Source: Rhizodiscina lignyota (taxonomy: Eukaryota). From it: a stretch of DNA of 64,000 bases. This document shows, in pieces, positions 1-14,848 of this stretch (positions are counted from its first letter, which is position 1; every line of letters starts with the position of its first letter). Under the pieces are notes generated by a model. It had not been told where the DNA came from and made no database searches. It saw only the letters and a program-made list of their open reading frames with translations. A program made the position numbers and the translations under genes. The stretch spans positions 62,001-126,000 of the forward strand of contig ML978127.1 in assembly GCA_010015805.1 (NCBI GenBank). The letters run 5' to 3'.

Positions 1-1509
1 GCTGAAATCTCCTACCCAACCCACTTCAATATTCGCCCACTTCTGGAGAGAAGCCACGGGGTCGCTGGTCGCGCTGGCCTCCTTGGTCTCAGGGTAGTCG
101 TATCCCAACTTGGTATGATCTCGGACATCGTTTGACGTCCACCAAACCGTTTCGTCGCCGTTGAACGCTTTGCGGAACGGTGCCAAAGGCGTGCCCGGAG
201 TTTCGGGCTCATGTCTCGGCTCGACGTACGTCGATAAGGGAAAACCCAGACTATCCCACCACGCGACGTCGTCGCCCTTGGGGTTATTGATGCCTTGCCA
301 GATGGCCAGAATGCGGTCGATATTGCTAAGAAGATGTCAGTCCTCATGACAAGACAGGAAGATTCGGAGTAACTTGCGCATGGTGAAGCCAAAAGACTGG
401 ATCGAAGCTTTGGAGATTGTAAGCATTTTCTGGCGCTTTTTTGGGGGGGTCAGATTATCGACTTACCCAGCGACCTCCGGATAGGACATTTGGCCTGTAG
501 CACGGTCTTCACTCGTCCCCGGTCCCATTCCCATGTAGCCATGAATGTTATCGTGGAAGCCCTCAAGGCTGTTCACATTATAAATCCCTTTCCTTCGGTC
601 GTCGACTTCGAAATGGTTCGAAATGACCTTCCAGGGGTCTCCGCCAAAGAACAAATCGTACAGATACGCAGCATCCGAGCTCGACCGCTGCATGGTCGGG
701 CCATACTGATTGTTGAAGGTGTCCTTAACGTACTCGTGGTCAGCCGTCCCCGTGGGTTTATTGTAGCCTCGGATGGTCTTGGTGGACAGCACTTTGATAT
801 CTTTGGGCTGATAACCCTGGATCTGGTCCCAATGGAAGCCTCCCTTAGGGTCGTTAGGAAATTTGAACTGGTAGAGGGGATTGTTCATCGGTTCATAGTC
901 CGTCTTTCCAGGACGACGAACGTGGATCGTTTTCGTCATGAGGATGACTGGGATCCCGTACGTGTACTGCTCTTGGTCGACCAGCTTCTCACGGGGCAGC
1001 AAAGGGTCAAAATACGGGATACGGAATTTTGGCAGAACGGTATGCTCCTGGCCTAACGCTTTAGCAACCTCCGCCGCGTGTAAGTACAAGGCTTGCTACA
1101 TCAATCCCGTTAGTGTTCTGGTTTCGGAATCCAAAGCAATTCATACCTCGAATTGTGCAAGATAAACGCGGTGCCACGTGGGAAATAGGACGGAACCATG
1201 GGCACAGTAGCCTGCCCCACGTTTATTCGGTGGCTCCCCTGTTGGCGTGTATGGGACATTTTCGACTCCGTCCCAGGCCCGGTACGGCTGACCGTGGATT
1301 CCTGAAATTTCATAGTAGGAGAATGGCTGGGACGAGATGTCATCCTTCATGAAAGCTTCAAGAGCCAGGAAGTACAAGTTGGCTAGGTCGGCATCCGCCA
1401 AGAAATCATCGATCTCCAGGCGTAGCGCTTGGCTGCCATCTGTTGGAATCACACCAACAGTCAAACCGTTGTCTTGGGCAGCCTGTAGTGCGACCGTGTC
1501 AACAGACAT
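1..1509 (-). CDS. Tyrosinase (type-3 copper polyphenol oxidase); 3' end runs off the window
   Basis: Spliced exons 1509-1147, 1095-467, 407-378, 325-<1. CuA motifs IHG and YCAHGSVLFPTWHR; CuB motifs LEGFHDNIHG and [20 protein letters not shown] (the latter needs the GC-AG intron 377-326). No signal peptide. Confidence 0.93.
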
Positions 1510-3051
1510 CGTGAGGCTCTTTCTTCAAATAACTGACAACGAGACTGGACGCTTGACCGAAAGTTTGTGAAGATTTGGAAGTATCCTGAAAGAAAAAGGA
1601 CCGTTGTATCGAAGGAGTCAAGGATGTCTTATATGCTGATATCTTTTCAGCTCCCTCCTGCAGGAATTGCTCTTGTCCGATATCACATGTTCGGTGAACC
1701 GACACCTCCCTCAGGTTTTCCCACGACGTGTCCATCTTTCGACCAAACACTGCACGTCATATCCTGGAACGATTGCACGGAAAGTTTTAGATGTGGCGAG
1801 ACTTCTGGTTCAAAGTGACGACTCTCCCTACATTTCAGCCCTTCGTGCCCCGCAAGAAGCCTCGTGACAGCCAGTGGAGATGGGCCTATGTAGAGGGACG
1901 AGAAACAGAGGTAGGGCTGAAGAATGTGATTTTCATCCGTTCCAATCGTCTCCAGACACTTACCGCCGCCGCCAGGTGGACACCAGAATTGTCGTCGCCC
2001 AAAATCCCATATGAACTCTAACAAGAATACGGTAAAGGACTGCCTCCGACCTTTGTTCAGGTCAACAATCCCGTCCACGTATGTTGGCGGCCGCAATACG
2101 AGGAGGCGAATCAACAACGCAAAAGCGCGGGCTGAAAGCACTCTCGAGTCTAGACGCCTATCGAACAGTGTGACGGATGTCGTGTTTTGCGTGTTGCTGC
2201 ATACAAGCTGAGGGTGATCTGCTTTTCCACGCCAATGCTCGTCAAACTAAAGTACGCGAAGATGCGGGACATCCCGAAAACGCTTTGTCCAACTGATGTC
2301 CTGTTTCAGCTGCGGGGCCGCTGACCCTCCAAAATATTTTCCCGTCAATGCTATTCTACCATCACCATGTCTAATGCCTTGCATCCATTCTCTTTAGCGA
2401 ATGTCGTGAGTTTCGTTTTAGTCAAACTGTCAACAATGATCTACTTGGCGCCTTTTTTATTTCGTATTTCTGCCAGCGCTTTCGGTGCTTTATTTCATAG
2501 CCCGTGAGCCGTAACAAGTTCCCAGCTAGGCATGCAGAGCTTCCATCGTTGGAATGGAAACTGGGAAACTTATAAATACTGGTATTACAGCAAACGCCCA
2601 ATGTTTTCTCCTGGTTTGTCTGATCAAATCGTGCCTCGAAATGGAGCAAATTACTCATAAAAGAAAACCTTTTCGCATTGGGAGATCCCTTTTCAGCCTT
2701 CTCTTGTCTGCCGAGTTGCCTCGCTTAGAAAACAGCGAGTTAAAGAGGCCACTTTCAAGCCACCGACTGACTATCGAGTGTTCTCCTCCCAAGGCATGCA
2801 GGCTTATCACAACTTGATCATCAAATGCCGATCTCATTGTTCAGCTGAGCAGGGTTACTCTTTCTCGACATGCCTCTATGTCACGTAGACATCGCTCCGT
2901 GAGTTTAGGGGAGCAGATGGGTTTTTATTGCCTTCTGCTCCTTCTCCAGCCGGCCCCCTCATATTACTCTTGCTCTCTATCCATTCAAAAATTCCCAAGC
3001 AAATCACCGTACGTACCTCATCAGACCGATCTTACGCACCGACGGGTCGTC

Positions 3052-5236
3052 ATGAAGCTGGTTGAAAGGTTTTTGGCGGCTTTCACCCGTCTCTTGGAGT
3101 ACGTTACCCTGTCCCCCTATCATCATGAAGTGGCTCCTAGCTTCCAGCTCCCGCTGGCAGTTGACCACTACAACGATGTGATCGCTCTGCCGCCAGGCCC
3201 TATTTTCACGCCTCCGGGCTACGACACTTCGGACGACTTCCAATGCAACTACACTACTATGTTGGGCTGGACTCAATGCTGGACTCCCGGGAGTCATCTT
3301 GATTGCTGGCTAACCTCCCCGGATGGGCTGACAAACTTGAGCATTAATACTAATTATGAGAACGTGGAGAACACTCCCATCGGGGTTCACCGTTACTACG
3401 AGTACAATGTCACCGCCGGCGTCGTGGATGCAGACGGCCTCACCTTTCCCTATGGTAAACTCCTCAATGGGAGCTTTCCAGGCCCCTGGATCCGTGCCTG
3501 CTGGGGTGATACAGTTCATCTTAAAGTCAATGTTGACTCGGACTTTTACCAGGGCGTGTCAGTCCATGCGCACGGATTGAGACAATGGACCAAAATGCAC
3601 ATGGACGGAGTTCCCGGTATCACCCAATGCCCGATCGCTCCTGGAAGCAGTTTCGAGTACGTATGGCCCACAACCCAGTATGGCTCCTCTTGGTACCATT
3701 CTCACTACTCCCTCCAATACCCGGACGGACTACAGGGTCCTTTGGTAGGTCACGATACGTCCAAGGTATTTCGATGGATATCGAATAACTGACTTTAACT
3801 GTCCTTAAAACCAGACTATCCATGGACCAAGTAGCAAGGACTACGATTACGCCCCCGCGCTGCCATTGATTCTCACTGATTGGAGTAAGTGTCACGTTTT
3901 ATCTTTCACCTTACTGATCCATGAAGCTCATCGAAGTTCCTCCTTTCTCAGACCATAACTCCGCTTTCAACGAGTCGAGCTTATACCCCTGCATTCTATT
4001 GGGTGGAGTTGGAGACATTACGAAATGCCACCCTGGCACGACCAACGATACCGAAATAAAAGGCCCGCTTAGGCTCTCATTTCAAAGAGGCCAACGATAT
4101 CTGCTCCGCGTAATCAACACTTCTTATAGAGCCGGATTCACTTTTTCGATTGATAACCACGAGATGTGGATTGTCAGCGCCGACTTTGTCCCCATCACGC
4201 CGTACAATACCACCGCAATTAAGGTGAACATTGGCCAGAGATACAATATTGTCGTTGTAGCGAATCCTATCGACTCATCAGATGCGAATTTTTGGATACG
4301 AACCTACCAGTCACCCTGCGGATCAGTAGGCAGCCTGGGTCCTAACTACATGAACACTGGTATCATCAGCTACGACAATTCAACCGGACCCGATCCAACC
4401 TCCACCCAGTGGCCAAATGCACTGTCTAAAGAGTGTAAGGATGAGCCTCTATGCAGCATACAACCCATCGTTCCTTGGAACCCTCCTGGCCCGAGCAATT
4501 CCGATGTCCCGCGTGTCATCCTTTCAGGTAATCCACCACCTGACCTTCCCAACCTCTTTTATGCTATATACCCAAACAATTCCTATTTTCAACCACTCCA
4601 GATTCAGTGGGGGAATCCAACTTTTACCAGTCTCCAAAATATGACCTGGCAGAATTTATCTGTCATTGTACCGGAAGACTTTTCTGCAGATTTCAACAAT
4701 GTGACCTCCTTCACCTCAAAATGGGCAAGTTTTTCTCTTCCACTTTGTATCATCGTTGTATGCTTGGCTAAAATAACATGTTAGATTTATCTCAACATCC
4801 AATCCGACGGCAATCATCCAGTAAGTCAAAACAAACCAGATCAAATCAAATCAGCTCAGAACTGAGCACTCTCTCCCAGATTCATTTGCACGGCCATGAT
4901 TTTGCCATTTTCAACCTTACCTATTCCGATGGATCAGTTGAGCCTTGGGGTCCGTCCATTCCCCGACGCGATGTTTTCACAGTCCCTGGGGGAGGAAACG
5001 CCACAATTGCCTTCCCAGCAGACAATCCCGGTGCCTGGCTTTTGCACTGCCATATCGCCGATCACGCATCTTCAGGACTCGATCTGCAGGTCCTCGAAGA
5101 CCAGGTCGCGGCAAACAGCATTTGGCCCAAGGGTGACTCTCCTGCTCTTGCCACGGCGAGTAGCCTTTGTACCTCTTGGTCAAGTTGGTGTACAGCCCAT
5201 CCGACCGCGTGTGTTGAGACTGATTCCGGAGTCTGA
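3052..5236 (+). CDS. Laccase-like multicopper oxidase (AA1)
   Basis: Exons 3052-3744, 3815-3884, 3952-4724, 4785-4820, 4880-5236. Copper motifs HAHG, WYHSH, HPIHLHGH, HCHIADH..GL; C-terminal DSGV typical of ascomycete laccases. Confidence 0.93.
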
Positions 5237-6096
5237 TCCCGTTGACCGTTCTCCCGGCCACGTCTGTCTTATTGCTCATTTTCGACTCGCGAACATTTAC
5301 CCTCATTTCTACTGACCTTCTAATGCCGGAAATTACGATCTTTTACGAAGCTCCGAATATAGTAGCAATTATGCAATTACCATTGGCACGACTGGTGGAA
5401 GTCCAACATATAGCTAGCACCATCCCCTCGACAGCAAAACTCACGAATACATATACTCTATCCTCTGTGTTTCCCTCCCCTTTCTTTCTTGTATGGGCTT
5501 TTGAGTCTTCCACCCTTTTTCTCGAGGATTCCGGAAGGAGCTGTCACTGCGGAACGTTTATACGATGTTGGCAAAGTTTGGAGCCAGGAAGCGCTTGAAA
5601 GGTGGGTTGCTACTCTGGATAAGGTCAAGGGGAAGGCTTCAGATAAAGAGGGAAGGAAGGCCAGACTGAAGATGTCGAAAGTAAATTGGAGAAGCTGGAT
5701 CCTGGTGAAGATGGAAAGGCTATGTGAGACGACGGCGTCGACTCGAAGGTGACGAGAAAGTTGGCCACAGCTTTCAAGACACTGATCAGCCGTACTGTAA
5801 AGCACCCAATAATAATAAAGTGGACGGATTTTCAAACGGTCTGCTATCATTATATACACTCCGAAGAATGCAGAACCGTGTTTTCGGAGATAGTCTCGCT
5901 TACGCTGAAGTGTAAGTTTAACTTGAGCACTACAGCTTCCCCGGCGGCCCTGGATTTTATCACATTGAGGTACTCAGAGACTTGACAGCTTCTCCAGCTT
6001 GAAGTATATTCGTTGAGTCTTTCTAATCATGCATTGTTGAGTGAGCCGACGCATTCATTATTTTCGATTCAATCGGTTATCGTCTCCATCGCCGTC

Positions 6097-7185
6097 CTAC
6101 GCTTCTCCAGAGATGCAGACTACAGCTTTTGCGAAATGCTTTTGGTCCTCCACGTATTCAAATGCCTCCTTTGCGTCTTCAAACACGAATTTCTTCTCGT
6201 CGTATGCAAGTTTGATGTCCTTTCCCTCAATGAATCCAACCATCTCGCGGAACTGTGACCGAGTGCCCAACACAACGCCTCTCAATGTGCAGACATTCCA
6301 CATACAATCCATGATACTAGGCACATCGTTGGTCTCGGATCCAGCAATGATTCCGGCAATCGCTATCACGCCACCTAGTCGCACAGCCTTCAGAGATTGG
6401 GCCAAGGTTGGAGGTCCGCCCACATCAAGAACGAAATCTACGCCTCGCCCAGCTGGAGTTATTTTCTTCGCTTTCGCTCCCCAGTCTTTGTCGCTTTTAT
6501 AGTTGAACACTTCCGTTGCCCCCAACGCTCTTAATCTTTCCGCCTTCTCAGGATTCGAAGATGTGGCGATCACTTTTGCTCCCGCAGCTAACGCGAATTG
6601 CATTGCTGCAACGCTAACTCCACCACTACCTTGAATTAGTACCCAATCTCCAGGTCCTGGCGATTTTCCTCTGAGCCCAAACAGTGCGTTCCATGCTGTT
6701 AGCGCCGAGCAAGGGAGCGTTGAGGCTTGGCTAAAATCTATATTCGAGGGCATATGAACGAGGCAGGAGCTGTGAAAGACGCCGTATTGTCTTAAAGTCC
6801 CATCGATAGCCTGGCCCAATCCTTCTTGTACATGCGAGAGGCTTACGATTTCGTCGTCCGGGCTTGCAAGGTCCGCCGAAAATACAGTGGAAGGGATCAT
6901 GTGCGTGATGACACGGTCGCCTGGTCTGAACTCCTTAACTTCCGGTCCAACATCTAAGACTACGCCTGCTCCATCAGAGAGCGGGATAAGATTGGGCTTC
7001 GCGATCAGGCCGAGCGATCCTTTCACCATTACAATGTCCCGATAGTTGAAGGAAGTCGCATAAAGCTTGACTAGCACTTCCGAGGGTCCGACAGACGGTA
7101 TTGGTACGTCTTTCTCAAGTATAAGTTTATCGAAGCTACCTTGGGACGAGAGAATCCATTGAGAGGTTCTCGCCGCGATAACCAT
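6097..7185 (-). CDS. Medium-chain dehydrogenase/reductase (zinc-binding ADH-like / quinone oxidoreductase family)
   Basis: Single ORF with SFNYRD, PLSDGAG, LPCSALTAWNAL, QGSGGVS and GRGVDFVLDVGG motifs. ATG at 7185 chosen as the likely start. Confidence 0.88.
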   Translation of the reverse strand: MVIAARTSQWILSSQGSFDKLILEKDVPIPSVGPSEVLVKLYATSFNYRDIVMVKGSLGLIAKPNLIPLSDGAGVVLDVGPEVKEFRPGDRVITHMIPSTVFSADLASPDDEIVSLSHVQEGLGQAIDGTLRQYGVFHSSCLVHMPSNIDFSQASTLPCSALTAWNALFGLRGKSPGPGDWVLIQGSGGVSVAAMQFALAAGAKVIATSSNPEKAERLRALGATEVFNYKSDKDWGAKAKKITPAGRGVDFVLDVGGPPTLAQSLKAVRLGGVIAIAGIIAGSETNDVPSIMDCMWNVCTLRGVVLGTRSQFREMVGFIEGKDIKLAYDEKKFVFEDAKEAFEYVEDQKHFAKAVVCISGEA

Positions 7186-8163
7186 CTCTCCGAATGAAAA
7201 TGACGAACAAGGCGCCTTGGAGACGTGTGGAAGGAAGAAATTGTGACATTCAACAGGGTAATAAATGATGGGACTCTTCAACTACCTCAATTGAAGGTAT
7301 TTTTCTCCATGGGTGGCAGCCGGAGTTAGTTGGATGAACATATCCGATAAGGCCGTCTTGACGTTCAAATTGGCATTTCCCGGCATGTGAGATGGGTTGA
7401 TCAGTCTCATTTTTCACTGCTTTGTCCTCGAGAGCATTTGAGTCGGTACGGAGGTAAGATACTCGTGATGAGTGTAATAAGCTGTCTTTCGCCTTACAAG
7501 GATGCCCCTTTTCGTCCCGTGAACGCCACATCGTCGAATTATTGAAGGATCGCGCTCCTCCACAGGGGCTTCCTTAGCCCCGCTCTCTTGATTTGAGAAT
7601 GCAAGCAATTGTGCTTCTTGGTTTGCCGCTAGGCCTTGCGACAGCTGTCATCGAGCATGCTGAAACACACAGCTCGGTCCCCGATGTCGGCGATATGTGA
7701 GGTAATAATGGTCAGGCGGAGCTCCTGCTGCAAGCCTCAACAACCACAGCAGCATGTAGAGTCGAATGAGGTCAAGACGATCTTCAACAGGCCTCGCACA
7801 ACTGCAAAGAAAGGCAGTAAGAGCTCATGGAGCTACCCCTCCCCCGCCTCGCTGCAAAGCTCAACCATCCTGGTGGGCGTTCCGCGTGACGCGACGGTTA
7901 ATCCGTTTTTGCCCTTTGTCGTTGCAGAAGATGCTTCAAAAGGCCGCACTGCCGTCTCACGAGGCCAGCGTAGCACCAAGTCAGCAGGTCAATGCTCTTT
8001 GTCTACCGCTCCTTGCGGGCTTAGCTGGAGCACTCGTAACGGCAAGCAAGGCACGGCGCCGCCTTACATAAACCGAACAGCGGGGACCTTAAAGTGAGAC
8101 CGGAGAACGTACCGTTGTTCTCGGGCAATGGACTCAGGTACATGAGCGCTCGCGCCGTCGAGG

Positions 8164-9380
8164 ATGAACATCCCGATCTATGGCCTCGGACACCACTTGG
8201 CTGATGATTACAACAATGCAGTTCTGACAATCACCAATCGGTCATGTGCTGATCCGTACGTGATCTACGCGCATGGCAAGTTCTACATGACATGGACGGC
8301 GGGCAACCGCGTCGAGATATGGTGTTCGCCCAGCCTGCTGAATTTCGAAGAGAACTGCTCTAAGCACAACATATGGTATGATTTTCTGGCATGCTTTCTG
8401 AGTTTCTCGTTAGTGAGACTTTCCCACAGGCAGCCTCCGCATGGAAAGGAATATTCTGGTGACATCTGGGCTCCAGGTACGCTGACCAAAGCCTGATTTC
8501 CTATTTTCAAGAGGCTAATTTCCTATCTACAGAGCTGCATGCCCTCCAAGGCCGATGGTACGTCTATCTAGCTGCCGACGATCCTCAGCATGGCAACAAA
8601 TCGCATCGCATGTATGTTCTAGGCGGTCCGCCCGCATCAGAAGACCCATGCAATGGCGATTGGGAAATGTTAGGTCCTGTGCGCAATATGCCAGACCAGT
8701 GGGCCATTGACGGCACGGTGATCCACCTCATGGGGCAGATGTACTTTGTGTACTCCGGGTGGCCGTTCGAGAAACAAGAAGGAAAGAATGTCCAAGAGCT
8801 GTTCATTGTGAGGTTGGCAAGTCCGACAGAGACTAATAGTGAGGCTGTAAGAATCTCGACACCGGAAAACACCTGGGAATGGAGCGGAGACGCCGGAATT
8901 AATGAGGGCCCACAGTGGTTAGCAGCACCAGATGGAAGCTGGGTGGGCATGGCTTATAGCTGTGCCGGAAGTTGGACGAGAGACTACAAGATGGCGACAC
9001 TGCAATTCGTCGGAAACGACCCGCTCGACCCAAAGGCATGGAAGAAGAGCAGAGAGCCGCTGTTGCAGTCTGCCGATACGGCGCCGTTCGGTCCAGGACA
9101 CGGCTCGTTTATCGAGATGGAGGGCGATTTCATCGGAGTATACCATGGAACAGACAATGCCACGGACGGATGGGGCAACCGGAAAGCTAGATGCCAAAGA
9201 GTGCAGTTCACCGAGGAAGGGCCACACATGGGCAAATTCTGCGGCCCTCTGACTACAGACGCGGACGTTTTCAGAGGCATCAAACAACCCCCTGGACATC
9301 ACGTTCACGTCGGAGGTATGAAGAGCTTCCTGCGCAGGGCTTCGCTGAAATTGGAGTCGATTCCAAAAATTGAGCCTTGA
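8164..9380 (+). CDS. Glycoside hydrolase family 43 (arabinofuranosidase/xylosidase-like)
   Basis: Three exons. ADPY, spliced WAPELH, WAIDGT, INEGPQ and GPGHGSF motifs of the GH43 five-bladed propeller. No signal peptide evident. Confidence 0.88.
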
Positions 9381-9950
9381 TGAGAGCTCCGCCGCATGTC
9401 TGCGAACGGTGTCTGGCGTATTACATGTGGACCTAGAAAGCAAGCGAGCGCTGATTTAATCATTATTGGTTCACTGTAGAGCTTTTTCTAGGCCGTATTT
9501 GAGCGTGTTCACGCTTTGTTTAATGCAGTTAGAATGGGCGCATCCTTCGAATGCCAAAAGACGACACGAATGTGTATGGTACGACTTGCATATCATGTCA
9601 AAAAACCGCTAGACTATAATATCTGATTTTGATTTCTACATGGACATATATTCCGTCCTCTTCATGACCGGAGGTTTGAATAGGCTATCGACGTTGGACT
9701 TGGGCGCGGGTACATGCCGTCCTATTTTTTGGGTACATGACCCCCCTGCCCTTCCTGCGCCCTAGTCGGCGAGTGTCGGCGTCCGCCACTCACGGCTTGC
9801 TTGTTGGATAACCGTCGCCTCAGACTGGAACCGAGCCTCGGACATGAGGAACAAACAGGGATCTCTTAACCTCCGTCATCGTTACCCTCAAAGTCTGCAG
9901 CTCTCGTGAGCTCTTCAATATGCCCAATTGTGCACTTCCACATCTTCGAC

Positions 9951-11928
<1,978 letters not shown>

Positions 11929-12455
11929 TGGCGTCCTCAATATCAAAGCACTTCCATGTACATATTTTGCGGGGAATGTACGAAGAGATATAATACAGAA
12001 ATGAGCTATTTGTGGCCGATTTGTCTATGTAACTTACGCGAAGTGCCCAACAAGGGTAACAATCAATGCAATTAATGCTGGAGCGTGCTCAATTGAGGCG
12101 GTTGACTTGGTGGAAATTAAGATATCAGGCGCTGTGCCAGATGGAGAAGCTTTTACCCGCGATATTCTTGTGTCTTATACGAGTATTGTGTATTGCATGC
12201 TCCTCTCAGAGTCTCTTGATAAGCACACTATATATACACGGCCTCGAGGGTGATAAATGAGCTGGCTACCGGTCAAACTGTAACTCCCGAAGGCGAACAG
12301 TTCTTGCACTTTAAGGTGAGTGAGATTATTTCAGAAGGCTTAGTTTTACGTTTTTAGAGTGTATATGACAATAGCATTCCTATTGAAATCTTTCATAACT
12401 TATTGGCTATGGCGACAATATGTACTAGTTGTTCCGTGTCTTCAACCCTACGAAA

Positions 12456-13928
12456 TCAGTCTTCCCAGTCCTCCTCACGATGGTTCAACCACGGCCCCTC
12501 GCACTCATCGCACCAATCCGGCTTCCGGCACAAGTACTTCGCCAGCTGCTCGTGTGTGAACGCGACGTCATGGCAGTGAACCCAACTGTGATCAGAGTCC
12601 CACATTCCGCACGAGAACAGGATCCGGTGCGCTAAGCGCACATCCGCACTCTCGAGCGTGAGTCCGTTCTTTATGTGCCGCATAATTGCCCCAGCGCGGT
12701 ACAGGGAAGTTCCGTCCGTATGGTAGTCTTGGAATCCAAGCAGAATCAAGTGGCGTAGTGTCTCCTGGTGCCTTAGGAGAAATCCTCTGAGAGCGGCTAC
12801 GCTGATCCTTTGCTCTGTGATGAGCTTGAAAGTGTTCAGGTTCGGGAAGCGCACAGATTTGCTCTCCAGCCAGGCAGATAGGGCCTCCCAGTTGTTGTAT
12901 GGGGATGTGGCGAGTTCGAGATGTGTGACGGTTTTGAGATCGTCAGAGCAGTCAAAAATGGTGTCGAAGACCGGCACTAGCGTGACTATGCCGTTATTCA
13001 AAGCAATGGAAAGGGTTGAGATACCGTGTCGAACTATCGCAGACCTCAAGGACCTCGCATTCGTCGCGCTCTGCAGAAGCTGTTTGCAGATGTATTGGCT
13101 CGGTCTCGGAGTGCCTATCGTAAGGCTCAGAGGTTTACCTCTACGCTTCAACAGCAAATCCCCGTCCAAGACTCTGCACAGCCCAAGGAAGATATTTCCG
13201 CATGTCTGATTCATTTCCCGTATCAGCAAGTCTTCCGGACGTATTGTGGCACAGCGGCTTAAAGGGCACAAGCTTGGAAACCTTTCGTCAGTGATAGCGA
13301 GCTTATCATAGAACGACCGGCAGCACCATTCCTTCTGGATGTTGAATCCTGGTTGATCGATTGTGAATTGGTATTGGATCTTCTCGAGATTAGGAAGGGT
13401 CCAGACGGCCTTGCTCAGGTACTCCGCAAACTTGGCCTCCATTTCCGTTTCATCGAGTCCGGCCTCCATCCATTTCACAGACAGCACGACTATTTCCGTA
13501 ATACCTGGAGCAAATATGCGGTGAGAGCAGATATCCTTGAACGTTTCAAGCGACATCTTGGATGGATGGATGTAGACCTTGTGTAGTTGGCGTTTGACGA
13601 CTTCAGCACCGATCTTTGCGAACGCCGGGCTGACAAGCCGCATTCGTAGGACTTTCAGGACAGCATTTTGGCAGAACGGTCCGTAATCTTCGTGATGAGG
13701 TTTGTGGGTTCTACGGTCTGAACATTCGTAGGATAAGTCGATATACCCTGCGATGTGGCAGAGGACCTCGTCTGGCAAGTCGCCAATGCTGTAGCGTGTC
13801 TCTGCATCATGCTGGCGAATGGGCAGCGCCTTCTCGTGCCGTAGCGCGTTCATTGCGCTCAAGCATCGATCCAGCCGCCCTATTGACGAGAAGATGAGCG
13901 AAAGCGGAGACGGAAATTGGAAGGCCAT
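12456..13928 (-). CDS. F-box-like domain protein (fungal lineage-expanded type)
   Basis: Long intronless ORF; N-terminal IGDLPDEVLCHIAGYI F-box-like motif; C-terminal LRR-like FPNLNTFKL..LRGFLLRHQETLRHLIL. Start codon uncertain. Confidence 0.7.
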   Translation of the reverse strand: MAFQFPSPLSLIFSSIGRLDRCLSAMNALRHEKALPIRQHDAETRYSIGDLPDEVLCHIAGYIDLSYECSDRRTHKPHHEDYGPFCQNAVLKVLRMRLVSPAFAKIGAEVVKRQLHKVYIHPSKMSLETFKDICSHRIFAPGITEIVVLSVKWMEAGLDETEMEAKFAEYLSKAVWTLPNLEKIQYQFTIDQPGFNIQKEWCCRSFYDKLAITDERFPSLCPLSRCATIRPEDLLIREMNQTCGNIFLGLCRVLDGDLLLKRRGKPLSLTIGTPRPSQYICKQLLQSATNARSLRSAIVRHGISTLSIALNNGIVTLVPVFDTIFDCSDDLKTVTHLELATSPYNNWEALSAWLESKSVRFPNLNTFKLITEQRISVAALRGFLLRHQETLRHLILLGFQDYHTDGTSLYRAGAIMRHIKNGLTLESADVRLAHRILFSCGMWDSDHSWVHCHDVAFTHEQLAKYLCRKPDWCDECEGPWLNHREEDWED

Positions 13929-14213
13929 CTGGAGAGGGACACCAAATGATTGTGGGGATCTGTGTGATAAATTACAGAGCAAAGAAGAACGGTGGTTGAG
14001 AGATTAGACCTCAGCTGTACTCCGCGTTGAGCATTGCCCACCGCACCCACTCATATACAGTGTAAATTGATGAATGTGACTGAGCACGTGATGCGACCTG
14101 CCAACGACTCTCCTTGTCATTACCTTCATTAATTTTTTGAGAACCTCTCATTTAGCTGTAAATAACTCCGCTCGGGATCTAGCTCATGGCCTTCGTCATA
14201 ATATCTTCAGGCA

Positions 14214-14848
14214 TCAAGCCTTCTCAGCATCCTTCGCCTCCTCACTGCCCACGGGAACCAGCTTCCCAACCACCAAATACTTCTCATTGAATCTCTCTTC
14301 CCATCCTCTCAGCGACTCCATCTCATCAGGACCCAAATCGCTCAGGGTATCCAGCGGACCCTCCAAATCCTTGGTCAACATATCTTCATCGAAGCTCCCA
14401 CATGCCAAGCCTCTGGTTGCATCCCGGCCTGCGAAGTTGTGATAAGGTCCGCCAGGGCCATAGAAATTGCGGCCAGAGCTCACGTCGAAGACTTTGCCGC
14501 GTACGGCGAAGTAGACGGGCATATTGTTCAGTCCATCATACGGCAGGAGCGTTGGAGGAGTAAAGGTACGGAAGACCGTTGGTGGTGGAGCACGCGGGAG
14601 CGCGGGAGGGGCGCGAGGCTTGAGGCGGAGGTAGATCAGATAGCCGAAGAGGGAGAGGAGAATGAGGTTAATGGGAGTAATCAGTGGTGCACTGGAGATA
14701 TGTCAGTACATATGAGTGTATATATAGGAGGAATCCATCTTCCGGTTCGGCAACGTACGCTTCAGTCGCTGGTGGTACTGATGCTGGAATTTATTAGCTG
14801 GTAGAGTCTCTCAATGCTCGGAGCTTGCTTACAAGAATTGTCTGCCAT
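14214..14848 (-). CDS. DAP1: Membrane-anchored cytochrome b5-like heme/steroid-binding protein (MAPR family)
   Basis: Two micro-exons, then a TM segment (LILLSLFGYLIY) and VFDVSSGRNFYGPGGPYHNFAGRDATRGLA...KYLVVGKL. Confidence 0.9.

Noticed and set aside
5240..6090. Short ORFs between the laccase and the MDR gene
   Set aside because: No recognisable motif or coherent exon structure.
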